Part shown: piece after piece, positions 50,889 through 60,742 of the stretch | Numbering within the stretch: position 1 is the stretch's first letter | Layout: the number at the start of each line of letters is the position of its first letter | Assembly: GCA_963715195.1 (NCBI GenBank) | Contig: CAVQRT010000007.1 | Coordinates: 32,001 to 96,000 of the forward strand | Reading direction: 5' to 3' | Origin: Thermodesulfovibrionales bacterium | Lineage (GTDB): Bacteria > Nitrospirota > Thermodesulfovibrionia > Thermodesulfovibrionales > SM23-35 | DNA: 64,000 nt | Program-made: the position numbers and the translations under genes | The notes under the pieces: generated by a model | Told to the model about the DNA's origin: nothing | The model's database searches: none | The model's input: the letters and a program-made list of their open reading frames with translations, nothing else

Positions 50889-51863
50889 TCAACTCCAGAC
50901 TCCTGCGATAGCAGTGTTGCAGAACGTGCATCTGCCACTCAGTATGTGGTTCTGTTTTACAAAATATCCTATCCTTTCGACGAGCAACTTTTTGCACTGC
51001 GGGCAGAAGGTGCTTTCACCTTCATGACGGATATTGCCGACATAGACGAACTTCAGCCCGGCATCGATTGCAGTCTTCCTCGCGCCTTCCAGAATCTCAA
51101 GCGGCGTTGGCGGGAGGTTGGTTAGTTTATAATGGGGGAAAAACCGTGAGAAATGTACCGGCACATCAGCCCCGAGATTTCTGACTATCCAGCCGCTCAT
51201 ATCCCTGATTTTTTTTAGATCGTCATTGAGAGTCGGAATAATGAGATTGGTTATCTCAAGCCATACGCCTTCGTCCTTTAATACCGTGAGAGCATTGAGG
51301 ACGGGTTTAAGGCTCCCTCCGCATATTCTGCTGTAAAAATCTTCTGTAAACCCCTTAAGATCCACATCAGCGGCATCCATATATTTTGACAGCGTTCTGA
51401 GCGGCTTTTCATTGATATAGCCGCAGGAATGCATGGTATTTTTTATTCCCTGCTTTTTGGCAATGCCGGCGGTATCATACATATACTCATAAAATACGGT
51501 TGGTTCGGTGTATGTATATGTTACCGATCTGCACTGGTAGGATATCGCATTGCTCACTACTTTAGCGGGGGGCATGTCATAGGTGTCGGTATCTTCGGGT
51601 CTTGCCTGTGATATCTGCCAGTTCTGGCAGAATTTACAGCTCAGAACACAACCTGCAGTAGCAATCGAAAACGCCCTGGTACCCGGCAGGAAATGAAAAA
51701 AGGGTTTTTTCTCGATCGGATCAATATGGACTGCACAGGGCTTCCCGTAGACAACGCTGTACAATACGCCATTCTTGTTCATGCGTGCTCTGCATCTGCT
51801 GTGCTGCCCAGGTTCAAGCACGCATGCATTCGGGCAGAGCTCGCATTGCACCCTCTTTGCCAT
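50889..51863 (-). CDS. amrS: AmmeMemoRadiSam system radical SAM enzyme
   Basis: CELCPNAC, DPIEKKPFFHFLPG, GCVLSCKFCQNW, YTYTEP, HFSRFFP, VYVGN, C-terminal CxxC pairs. Confidence 0.93.
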   Translation of the reverse strand: MAKRVQCELCPNACVLEPGQHSRCRARMNKNGVLYSVVYGKPCAVHIDPIEKKPFFHFLPGTRAFSIATAGCVLSCKFCQNWQISQARPEDTDTYDMPPAKVVSNAISYQCRSVTYTYTEPTVFYEYMYDTAGIAKKQGIKNTMHSCGYINEKPLRTLSKYMDAADVDLKGFTEDFYSRICGGSLKPVLNALTVLKDEGVWLEITNLIIPTLNDDLKKIRDMSGWIVRNLGADVPVHFSRFFPHYKLTNLPPTPLEILEGARKTAIDAGLKFVYVGNIRHEGESTFCPQCKKLLVERIGYFVKQNHILSGRCTFCNTAIAGVWS

Positions 51864-52117
51864 GTTTTATTATAAAACGAAATGAGGATATTTCATATCA
51901 ACGGTACCGGTTATGCATCTTTTGTCCGGTCTTCTGCATTGTGCACCTTGAGGAGCGTAAGAATTCAGGAGCTTCAGGAGGCCTGCGTGCACGCGCCTGC
52001 AATCCCCTTGACTCTCATTTTTGCAATCCTATATACTCAGGTTTCAAAAAGTAAGTAATATTAAAACAAGGCCATCCGAAGTTCAGTATTGCTTAAAAGA
52101 CAGAAAGGTGTAATCGT

Positions 52118-55100
52118 ATGCCCAAACGCAATGATATCGAAAAAGTAATGATTATCGGCTCGGGGCCGATTGTTATCGGGCAGGCGTGTGAATTCGATTA
52201 TTCAGGGACACAGGCTTGCAAGGCACTCAGAAAACTGGGTTACAGGATTGTTCTGGTGAACTCCAATCCTGCAACGATCATGACCGACCCCGGGATGGCA
52301 GATGCAACGTACCTGGAGCCTCTTACCGTGGATTATATGCAGAATATCATCGAACAGGAAAAACCTGATGCAATTCTGCCCAATCTGGGCGGACAGACCG
52401 GTCTGAATCTCACCGCTGAACTTGCGCGGAGCGGCTTTCTTCAGCAGCATGGCGTAAGGATTATCGGTGTCCAGGCAGATGCTATTGAACGCGGAGAGGA
52501 TCGTATTGCCTTCAAGCGGACCATGGATCAGTTGGGGATTGAGATGCCGAACAGCGAGCCGGCCTTCAGTGTTGAGGAGGCGGAGGCTATTGCATCGAAA
52601 CTCGGTTATCCAGTTGTTATACGGCCTGCGTACACCATGGGAGGAACAGGGGGCGGACTGGTTTACAATGTCGAAGAATTGCGGACGGTTGCAAGCCGGG
52701 GCATTTCAGCGAGTCTCATTGGCCAGATACTCGTGGAGGAGTCGGTGCTGGGGTGGGAGGAGTTGGAGCTCGAGGTTGTTCGTGATGCCAAGAATCAGCG
52801 AATAACCGTCTGCTTCATCGAGAATGTTGACGCCATGGGAATTCATACCGGTGATTCTTACTGCACTGCGCCTATGCTGACGATTGACGAGAAACTCCAG
52901 GAACGCCTTCAGAAATACTCCTATGACATTGTTGAGGCCATACAGGTTATCGGCGGAACAAATATCCAGTTTGCCCACGATCCGAAGACAGGACGTGTTG
53001 TTGTTATCGAAATTAATCCAAGGACATCCCGCTCTTCGGCGCTCGCCTCCAAGGCTACCGGGTTCCCTATTGCATTTGTTTCCGCCTTGCTGGCAGGAGG
53101 TCTCACGCTGGATGAGATTCCGTATTGGAGGGAAGGCACTCTTGAAAAATACACTCCATGGGGGGATTATGTAGTCGTGAAGTTTGCCCGGTGGGCTTTC
53201 GAGAAATTTGAAGGCGTTGAAGACCGTTTGGGAACTCAGATGCGTGCCGTGGGTGAGGTAATGAGCATCGGGAAAACTTACAAGGAAGCACTGCAGAAAT
53301 CAATACGTTCACTCGAAATCGGTCGTTACGGGCTTGGTTTTGCGAAGGACTTTCATAAAAAATCCCTGCAGGAACTCATTGATCTCCTCGGAACGCCGAC
53401 AAGTGAGCGCCAGTTCATCATGTATGAAGCCTTGCGTAAGGGGGCTTCCACTGATCTCCTCTATGAAAAAACTCATATCAAACCCTGGTTTATTGAACAG
53501 ATGAAGGAGCTTGTTGTATCAGAGGAACAAATCCTTGCATATAAGGGAAGAGACCTGCCTGACGATCTGCTGGTTCAGGCCAAAAAGGACGGCTTTGCAG
53601 ACCGTTATCTCGCACGACTCCTCGGTCTCACTGAAAAGGCGATCCGTGAAAAGCGTATTTCTCTCGGCCTTGCACAGGCATGGGAAGCTGTGCCGGTGAG
53701 CGGTGTTGAAAATGCAGCATACTATTACTCAACATACAATGCGCCTGATACGGTCACAAGCAGTTCACGAAAGAAGATCATGGTGATCGGAGGAGGTCCG
53801 AACCGCATCGGACAGGGTATCGAGTTCGACTATTGTTGTGTTCATGCTGCTTTTACCCTCCGTGACGAAGGATACGAATCAATCATGGTAAATTGCAATC
53901 CTGAAACCGTCTCAACTGATTATGACACCTCTGATAAACTGTACTTTGAACCCGTGACGGTTGAGGACGTGCACTCGATCTATGAAAAGGAAAAACCTGA
54001 AGGGGTAATCGTTCAGTTCGGAGGGCAGACGCCCCTCAACATTGCACGTGAACTTGCTGATGCGGGCGTCAATATACTCGGAACGCCTGTTGACACGATT
54101 GATCTCGCAGAGGACCGTGACAGGTTCCGGACTATCATGAAGACAATAGGGATTCCCATGCCGGAATCAGGAATGGCAAGCACCCTTGAGGAGGCCCTGA
54201 GTGTTGCGGAGAAGATCGGGTATCCTCTTATGGTAAGACCATCGTATGTCCTCGGCGGCAGGGGGATGGAAATTGTCCATGATCATGAGATGCTCGTACG
54301 TTATGTAGCGGCAGCCGTAGGGGTTTCACCGGACAGGCCGATTCTGATCGATAAATTTCTCGACAATGCGATTGAGGCAGAGGCAGACGCCATAGCCGAC
54401 GGTGAAGAAGCATTTGTTCCCGCAGTCATGGAACACATAGAACTCGCAGGAATCCATTCGGGTGACTCCGCATGTGTCATCCCGCCTATCAGCATTCCGA
54501 AGAAACATGTGGAAACCATCTATGAGTACACGCAAAAGATTGCCCTGGCGATCGGTGTTGTAGGATTGCTAAACGTACAGTATGCCATAGCGAGCGACAT
54601 GGTATATGTCCTTGAAGCAAATCCGCGTGCATCCAGGACCGTCCCCATCGTATCCAAGGTATGCAATATAGCCATGGCGCGGATTGCTACACAGATTATG
54701 CTCGGTAAAAAGATTGCTGATCTGGGGCTGAAGCAGAGGCTTATTCCCCATTACGGGGTTAAGGAAGCGGTCTTTCCGTTTACGATGTTTCCCGAGGTTG
54801 ATCCGCTTCTCGGACCGGAGATGCGTTCAACCGGCGAAGTCCTCGGTATGGATAACTCCTTTGGCAGGGCTTACTATAAAGCGCTTGAAGCGGCCCAGCA
54901 GAGGCTGCCGCTCGACGGAACGGTGCTAATCACGGTGTCTGACAAGGATAAGAATGAAGTCCTGAATATCGCAAAGCGATTTGAAGAGCTTGGATTTGTC
55001 ATCAGGGCAACACGCGGGACCTGTTCATTTCTTACCCGCAACGGTATCCGGGCCGAGCCCATTGACAAGATCCATGAGGGGAGGCCAAATATTGCCGATG

Positions 55101-55318
55101 CAATCAAGAACAAGCAGATACAGTTGGTGATCAATACCCCGAGCGGAAAACTGAGCAAGCATGAAGATGCGTATATCCGGCAGGCGGCAATTAAGTACAA
55201 GGTACCCTACATTACGACAATAGCCGCCGCAGTTGCAGCAGCAAGGGGCATTGAGGCATTCCGCCGTCAACAGAGCGGCGTAAAATCACTGCAAGAGTAT
55301 CATGCAGATATCCAGTAA
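52118..55318 (+). CDS. carB: Carbamoyl-phosphate synthase large subunit
   Basis: GSGPIVIGQACEFDYSG, GPNRIGQGIEFDYCC, two ATP-grasp halves, MGS domain. Confidence 0.97.
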   Translation: MPKRNDIEKVMIIGSGPIVIGQACEFDYSGTQACKALRKLGYRIVLVNSNPATIMTDPGMADATYLEPLTVDYMQNIIEQEKPDAILPNLGGQTGLNLTAELARSGFLQQHGVRIIGVQADAIERGEDRIAFKRTMDQLGIEMPNSEPAFSVEEAEAIASKLGYPVVIRPAYTMGGTGGGLVYNVEELRTVASRGISASLIGQILVEESVLGWEELELEVVRDAKNQRITVCFIENVDAMGIHTGDSYCTAPMLTIDEKLQERLQKYSYDIVEAIQVIGGTNIQFAHDPKTGRVVVIEINPRTSRSSALASKATGFPIAFVSALLAGGLTLDEIPYWREGTLEKYTPWGDYVVVKFARWAFEKFEGVEDRLGTQMRAVGEVMSIGKTYKEALQKSIRSLEIGRYGLGFAKDFHKKSLQELIDLLGTPTSERQFIMYEALRKGASTDLLYEKTHIKPWFIEQMKELVVSEEQILAYKGRDLPDDLLVQAKKDGFADRYLARLLGLTEKAIREKRISLGLAQAWEAVPVSGVENAAYYYSTYNAPDTVTSSSRKKIMVIGGGPNRIGQGIEFDYCCVHAAFTLRDEGYESIMVNCNPETVSTDYDTSDKLYFEPVTVEDVHSIYEKEKPEGVIVQFGGQTPLNIARELADAGVNILGTPVDTIDLAEDRDRFRTIMKTIGIPMPESGMASTLEEALSVAEKIGYPLMVRPSYVLGGRGMEIVHDHEMLVRYVAAAVGVSPDRPILIDKFLDNAIEAEADAIADGEEAFVPAVMEHIELAGIHSGDSACVIPPISIPKKHVETIYEYTQKIALAIGVVGLLNVQYAIASDMVYVLEANPRASRTVPIVSKVCNIAMARIATQIMLGKKIADLGLKQRLIPHYGVKEAVFPFTMFPEVDPLLGPEMRSTGEVLGMDNSFGRAYYKALEAAQQRLPLDGTVLITVSDKDKNEVLNIAKRFEELGFVIRATRGTCSFLTRNGIRAEPIDKIHEGRPNIADAIKNKQIQLVINTPSGKLSKHEDAYIRQAAIKYKVPYITTIAAAVAAARGIEAFRRQQSGVKSLQEYHADIQ

Positions 55319-55369
55319 CAATCCGTCATTTCGGTTATAATGTAACCCTGAATACGGGGTCGGTCTTTT

Positions 55370-55903
55370 ATGGAATGGGATAGACTGGACATAGGAAGCC
55401 TGCATATCGACTGGGTTATCGTCATATCAATTGCTGTTCTCGTAATTGCTGCAGGCATGATAATCTTTGTGATTATAGAGAACAGGAGGTCAAAATTCAT
55501 TTTTGGATTGAGATTGCTCCTGGAAGTCAATGAGTACTTTCATTCCGGTGCCATGCTCGGAACGCGCCAAAAAGCAGCTGCCGCTCTGATCAATGATTCT
55601 TATGATGAGAATGTCGAGGACCTCCTGGATTTTTTTGAAATGGTCGGGTACCTTTCAAAGCGACATGCCATAAAAAGGGAGTTGATATGGCACAACATAT
55701 CGCACTGGATCATACGATACGGGTACGCTGCAAAAATCTACCGTGAGGAGGATCAGCAGAAACTTCCTCGGAGATGGGAGAACCTGACCGCTTTATGCCG
55801 CCATCTGTCAAGAATGGAAAGAAGAAAGTACGGGGTCAGTGTCGTAACGCAGGAGTCTGTTAAGGAATTTCTCGATAAAGAACGCGACATTCTTAGTAAA
55901 TAA
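55370..55903 (+). CDS. Hypothetical single-TM membrane-anchored protein
   Basis: N-terminal hydrophobic helix; LLDFFEMVGYL resembles DUF4760-type proteins. Confidence 0.65.
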   Translation: MEWDRLDIGSLHIDWVIVISIAVLVIAAGMIIFVIIENRRSKFIFGLRLLLEVNEYFHSGAMLGTRQKAAAALINDSYDENVEDLLDFFEMVGYLSKRHAIKRELIWHNISHWIIRYGYAAKIYREEDQQKLPRRWENLTALCRHLSRMERRKYGVSVVTQESVKEFLDKERDILSK

Positions 55904-56053
55904 TATTCATGATCGGTTGGCAATGCGCCGGTCGTATCCCGTTATCCTGCGGTCTTGCAGTAATTTTCCTTCCCTGATATCCTAAGCAAAAGATCTTCAT
56001 CGAAGCTCCGCAGAATAATTGAGCACAGCAAAAAACAATTTTGAGGAGGAACT

Positions 56054-56539
56054 ATGGACGCAATCGAAATGTCACTCAAGATGGAGCAGGAAGCAGTAGA
56101 TTTCTACACGAAATGCGCAGAAAAGACGAATAATCCTGTCGGAAAGAACATGTTTCTGAGCATTGCCGAGGATGAAAAACATCACATCGCGTGTGCAATT
56201 CACGTGCAGCAGAAGAGAGAGTTTGTTCCCGCTGAATCAAGACCGATCGAAGACATGAAAAAGATCTTTGAACAGAACAAGGACTTCATGCTAAAGCGCG
56301 TTTCCTCAACGACTGATGAATTGGCGGCACTCGAGATGGCGATGAAAATGGAGGAATCTGCGATTCATTTTTACAAGAATGCTGCTGCTCAGACTTCTGA
56401 TTCCGCTGAAAAAACATTTTTTGAATGCCTTATCAAAGATGAAGAAGAGCATTTTGCTATTTTCCAAAACACACACTCATTTCTCACCGATACCGGAAAC
56501 TGGTTTATGTGGGATGAGCACAGCATCGTGGAAGGATGA
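56054..56539 (+). CDS. Ferritin-like/rubrerythrin family di-iron protein (no rubredoxin domain)
   Basis: Duplicated E...FY...DExxH helices (MEQEAVDFY/DEKHH; MEESAIHFY/DEEEH); GAGGAGG RBS. Confidence 0.9.
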   Translation: MDAIEMSLKMEQEAVDFYTKCAEKTNNPVGKNMFLSIAEDEKHHIACAIHVQQKREFVPAESRPIEDMKKIFEQNKDFMLKRVSSTTDELAALEMAMKMEESAIHFYKNAAAQTSDSAEKTFFECLIKDEEEHFAIFQNTHSFLTDTGNWFMWDEHSIVEG

Positions 56540-56540
56540 T

Positions 56541-58283
56541 GTGAATCTGACAGACAATGCAATGGCGGTGCTGCGAGCACGCTATCTCTTCAAAGACGAG
56601 AATGGCAGGATTATCGAAACTCCCGAAGGAATGTTCAGGAGGGTTGCTGGAATCATAGCCTCGGCAGAGTCCCTATACCACGGTAATCCTAAGGAATGGG
56701 AAGAGAAGTTCTATGAGTTGATGGCGGACCTTCGGTTTCTTCCCAACTCACCTGCACTCATGAACGCGGGAAAAGAATCAGGTCAGCTTGCCGCCTGTTT
56801 CGTCCTGCCCCTCGGTGATTCAATACATTCCATTTTCGAGACTTTAAAAAACGCAGCATTAATTCTCCAGAGCGGAGGCGGTACAGGATTTTCATTTTCG
56901 AAGTTGAGACCGAAGGCGGACATCGTCCGGTGCACAGGAGGGGTTGCGAGCGGCCCCGTCTCGTTTATGAGAATTTATAACACGGCCACTGAGGTCATTA
57001 AGCAGGGTGGGGCGCGCCGCGGTGCAAACATGGGGATACTGCATATTGACCATCCGGACATCCTTGAGTTCATACGAATAAAGAGATCCGATGGCGAACT
57101 GACGAATTTCAATATTTCTGTTGCTGTGACAGACGCATTCATTGAGGCATTGAAGCATGACGCATCCTATGATCTCATCAATCCGCGAAGCGGGAAGAGC
57201 ACCGGAAGCGTGAAAGCGCGGGTGGTGTTCGATGAGATAGTGCAAAGTGCATGGGAGACTGGTGACCCGGGCCTTGTTTTTATCGACAGGATCAATAACG
57301 CCAATCCTACACCGCATATGGGTTCTATGGAATCAACAAACCCCTGTGGCGAACAACCGCTTCTCCCCTACGAGGCATGTATTTTGGGATCTCTCAACCT
57401 GTCAAAGTATGTGAAACAATCAAAAAGTGGTAACCGGATGTCGGCACCTAAGAACGTCTTGCAAAATATCGAAGTTGAAAATCTCACAGAAGACATCGGA
57501 ACCGCTGTCCGGTTTCTTGATAACGCCATAGACGTTAATACCTATCCTGTTTCTGCGATAGAACGGATGCATAAGGGAAACAGAAAAATCGGCCTTGGTG
57601 TGATGGGGTGGGCTGACATGTTGATACTTCTCGGGATACCTTACAGCAGCTCGAAAGCATTCCGACTCGCCCGTGAGATGATGAAGATTATTACGGCTGC
57701 AGCGAGAAAGGAATCTGCCGCTCTTGCCGCCGTGAGAGGCGTTTTCCCGAATTTCAAAGGATCCGTCTACGACGCGCCGGGAATGCCTCGTGTCAGGAAT
57801 GCAACGGTAACGACTATAGCGCCGACCGGAACTCTTTCAATTATTGCTGATTGCTCAAGCGGTATCGAACCCCTTTTTGCTCTCGTTTACAAAAGGCTCA
57901 TCCTTGAAACAGAGCTTACAGAGATCAATAAGTTCTTTTTCGGCCTCGCGAGGCAAAGGGGATTTTACAACCAAAAATTGGAGAAGGAACTCATCGAAAA
58001 AGGAAATCTGCAGGGATTGAAGGAAGTTCCCCCAGAAGTACGGCGCCTTTTCAAAACAGCGCATGAAATCCCGCCGCATGATCATATCGAGATGCAGGCA
58101 TGCTTCCAGGAGTTTACGGATAACGCCGTTTCAAAGACGATCAATATGCCTTGCAGAGCGAAGAGGGAGGATGTAGCGAATGCCTTCCTTCTTGCCTATG
58201 AAAAAGGGTGTAAAGGGATTACGATCTTCAGGTCCGGAACTCCAAAAAAGGGAACCCTGGTAACGTTTACTGATGCTGATTGA
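56541..58283 (+). CDS. nrdJ: Second class II-type ribonucleotide reductase, C-terminally short (no TSCPD or Cys tail)
   Basis: GTG start VNLTDNAMAVLRARYL aligns with the paralog N-terminus; LAACFV, TNPCGEQPL, EACILGS, APTGT; ends GCKGITIFRSGTPKKGTLVTFTDAD. Confidence 0.9.
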   Translation: MNLTDNAMAVLRARYLFKDENGRIIETPEGMFRRVAGIIASAESLYHGNPKEWEEKFYELMADLRFLPNSPALMNAGKESGQLAACFVLPLGDSIHSIFETLKNAALILQSGGGTGFSFSKLRPKADIVRCTGGVASGPVSFMRIYNTATEVIKQGGARRGANMGILHIDHPDILEFIRIKRSDGELTNFNISVAVTDAFIEALKHDASYDLINPRSGKSTGSVKARVVFDEIVQSAWETGDPGLVFIDRINNANPTPHMGSMESTNPCGEQPLLPYEACILGSLNLSKYVKQSKSGNRMSAPKNVLQNIEVENLTEDIGTAVRFLDNAIDVNTYPVSAIERMHKGNRKIGLGVMGWADMLILLGIPYSSSKAFRLAREMMKIITAAARKESAALAAVRGVFPNFKGSVYDAPGMPRVRNATVTTIAPTGTLSIIADCSSGIEPLFALVYKRLILETELTEINKFFFGLARQRGFYNQKLEKELIEKGNLQGLKEVPPEVRRLFKTAHEIPPHDHIEMQACFQEFTDNAVSKTINMPCRAKREDVANAFLLAYEKGCKGITIFRSGTPKKGTLVTFTDAD

Positions 58284-58329
58284 CCTGCCTTCATCCTTTT
58301 AATTCTGTCATGGGAGCGACCAAAAAAGA

Positions 58330-58752
58330 TTATCCTGAACGCAGATGATTTTTGATCAAGCCTCGTACCTTTTCTTTGATTTCATCCCGTGCACGCCTGA
58401 AATCTTCCATAATGAAATCTTCTGACCCGATCGTGCCGACTGGGTCCTTGATCGGCCAATGGATTCGTTGAATGGAAGGAAGAGTTCCCGGACAGGTCTC
58501 TTCGGCATGATCGCAGAGCGTAACAACAATATCCATTTGCCGGAGAAGATTTTCATCGATCTCCTTTGAATGCTGAGCGCTGATATCGATGCCCAGCTCC
58601 TTCATGACAGTGATTGCCCTCCTGTGAACTCCGGCGGCCATCAGCCCCGCACTGTACACTTCGATTGTTCCCCGGGAGTATTCCCTCGCAAATCCTTCTG
58701 CCATTTGGCTTCTGCACGAATTCGCTGTGCACAGAAACATGATTTTTTTCAT
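58330..58752 (-). CDS. arsC: Arsenate reductase, thioredoxin-coupled LMW-PTPase family
   Basis: FLCTANSCRSQMAEG P-loop, CDHAEETCP resolving cysteines, HWPIKDP. Confidence 0.9.
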   Translation of the reverse strand: MKKIMFLCTANSCRSQMAEGFAREYSRGTIEVYSAGLMAAGVHRRAITVMKELGIDISAQHSKEIDENLLRQMDIVVTLCDHAEETCPGTLPSIQRIHWPIKDPVGTIGSEDFIMEDFRRARDEIKEKVRGLIKNHLRSG

Positions 58753-58783
58753 TATCTCCGGCCCTGTTAATGGGTTTCTTGCA

Positions 58784-60313
58784 TTATGATGGTTTTAGTT
58801 TATCCGTCATGAAAGCAACCGCCAGCGAAACGATCAGTGCCCCGATGAGCAATATAAATGATATAAACGCATTGCTCAAGACCGTCGGGTTCAAAAGCAG
58901 TACACCGCCGAGGGCAAGCATCATGGCTCCCGAGACGAGTTTCAGGAGTCTTCCCTGATGTTCAGTAAGTTGTTTTTTCCCGAGAGTCACGGTAAAGAGA
59001 ATGACGATGATGGAAAGAGGAATAATATAAACCGCGTTGTAGAGGATGAGATAAAAATAGTACCAGGCAGATGACAAATTGTTTAACGTCAATATTCTGG
59101 TAAACACCATGGGGAATCCCGCAGTGCATAATAATTCATATGCATTTGCTGCTATTGCGAGTACGGCGGTTCCGATAAGTATCGAAACAACCGAGGTAGA
59201 TTTCAACAATTTTCTCATGCGGTCAAACAGTTTTGGTTTTGCGCTGTCAGGAATGGTCAGTGAAATACCCTTTTTGAATAAGAAGAAGTCTTTTATGTTA
59301 ATGACGGCAATCACGACGGCGACCGAACCTGCACATTTCGTGATCAGATCGACCTGTCCCATGACGAGGAACAGATTGAGCCAAGCTGACATGAACAGGA
59401 AATAGATAAAACCGGAAAAGAATACGAAAACACTGCCGATTAAAAACATCTTTGTACGTGATTTGGCGTGGATGAGAAGTCCGAGCAGAGAGAAGAGAAC
59501 AAAAAATGCACAGGGGTTGAAGCTGTCGAGTCCGGCAATAACTACCGTTATGACGGGAAGAGACATCTGTGATGAATCGAGATTGCCGATCCAGGGAATA
59601 TAGACCGCCTTCCCTTTTTCAGTGCACTCCACGTCACCGGCCTGAGATTCTCCAGATACAGCAGGTGCTTTAGCGATCAGCGCACTTCCTGACATGATAT
59701 CTGCCGGATCTGGACATTGTCTCAAAGAACACTCCTGGAAGAAAGCCGATAATTCCTTTTTTGAATGCCTGGAAAATCCAATAACACTGTTTTTACCGAT
59801 AAAGGTGACAGGCACACCGGCAGTCGTTATACCGTAGGCCGCGGCCATTTTTGAAAGCAGGGCGGCATGTTCTTTGTCATACCAGACCTCATAATCAATG
59901 ATCTTCATCCGGGGATACTTCGCTTGCACGGTATTCAGAAATTCTTTTTCCTCCTTGCAATGGGGGCAGCCGCTCCCCCAGAAAAAATGAACAACAAATC
60001 CGGTTTCTTCAGGAGATGAAGGTTCAACAGAGGATTTTCCCGCATCTTTTCTCACCCTGGAAGAATGATGTTCTTCAATATCCGGTTCTGGCCGGCGTTT
60101 TGGTGCAGCAATCCTCTCTGTTGCGTCGGATGATTCCGAACTGTTGTTTTCTGTGCCTTCAAAATACGGAAAACTACCGGAATATGCAGGGTCAACGCAT
60201 TCATTTGCGGCTTCGCGCTCGGGGCCGCAGATCCCCTCCTGCTGAACCAAAGCCCATGCAGAGGAAGAGGTGTGGAGAATAATGCATAATACCGCAAGAT
60301 AATAGTGCAACAT
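58784..60313 (-). CDS. Membrane protein: exported thioredoxin/glutaredoxin-like domain + CcdA/DsbD-like TM domain
   Basis: FFWGSGCPHC, GVPVTFIG; TM region with DSFNPCAF and ELLCTAGFP cysteines; start uncertain. Confidence 0.8.
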   Translation of the reverse strand: MLHYYLAVLCIILHTSSSAWALVQQEGICGPEREAANECVDPAYSGSFPYFEGTENNSSESSDATERIAAPKRRPEPDIEEHHSSRVRKDAGKSSVEPSSPEETGFVVHFFWGSGCPHCKEEKEFLNTVQAKYPRMKIIDYEVWYDKEHAALLSKMAAAYGITTAGVPVTFIGKNSVIGFSRHSKKELSAFFQECSLRQCPDPADIMSGSALIAKAPAVSGESQAGDVECTEKGKAVYIPWIGNLDSSQMSLPVITVVIAGLDSFNPCAFFVLFSLLGLLIHAKSRTKMFLIGSVFVFFSGFIYFLFMSAWLNLFLVMGQVDLITKCAGSVAVVIAVINIKDFFLFKKGISLTIPDSAKPKLFDRMRKLLKSTSVVSILIGTAVLAIAANAYELLCTAGFPMVFTRILTLNNLSSAWYYFYLILYNAVYIIPLSIIVILFTVTLGKKQLTEHQGRLLKLVSGAMMLALGGVLLLNPTVLSNAFISFILLIGALIVSLAVAFMTDKLKPS

Positions 60314-60458
60314 CCATATATTATGCAGGGTGTCAGAGAGCTGAATCAAGAGATGCGGGAATAGATATTCTGCGTGCGCGTTCAGCGGCTATATATCTCT
60401 CTTAAAACTTGAATAAATGACAGTATTTATTTATTATTAAATAAAAAAAGGAGAGTGC

Positions 60459-60680
60459 ATGCTCAAGGAAGATGTGGAAAAGGTCCTCGAACACATACGG
60501 ATGGGTCTCAGGAGGGATGGCGGTGACATCGAATTAGTCGAAATAAAGGACAGCATTGTCTATGTCAAACTGAAGGGAGCCTGCGGTTCATGCCCCATGT
60601 CTGCGCTTACCCTGAAGAACTGGGTTGAGGCAAACCTGAAGAAAGCATTTCCTGAAATAAGCGCTGTTCAGGCTGTCTAA
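60459..60680 (+). CDS. NifU/Nfu C-terminal domain Fe-S carrier protein
   Basis: DGGDIELV, LKGACGSCPMS; AGGAG RBS. Confidence 0.92.
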   Translation: MLKEDVEKVLEHIRMGLRRDGGDIELVEIKDSIVYVKLKGACGSCPMSALTLKNWVEANLKKAFPEISAVQAV

Positions 60681-60742
60681 TTGTTGACGAGAGGTTTGGA
60701 GAACTTCTTTTGCTTTTGAACCTCGCATCAGGCTGCAAAAAG

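Noticed and set aside
51864..52117. Tat-signal extension of amrS, or an attenuator before carB (short ttcaggag direct repeat)
   Set aside because: No in-frame leader was found and no clear terminator/antiterminator structure.
55904..56053. Cobalamin riboswitch or NrdR box ahead of the ferritin-nrdJ2 unit
   Set aside because: No B12-box or NrdR consensus recognisable by eye; an Rfam scan is needed for certainty.
56379..56545. Ferritin-NrdJ fusion by frameshift, or selenocysteine readthrough at the ferritin TGA
   Set aside because: The ferritin ends in a family-typical C-terminus, readthrough gives no meaningful sequence, no SECIS is evident, and nrdJ has its own GTG matching the paralog N-terminus.
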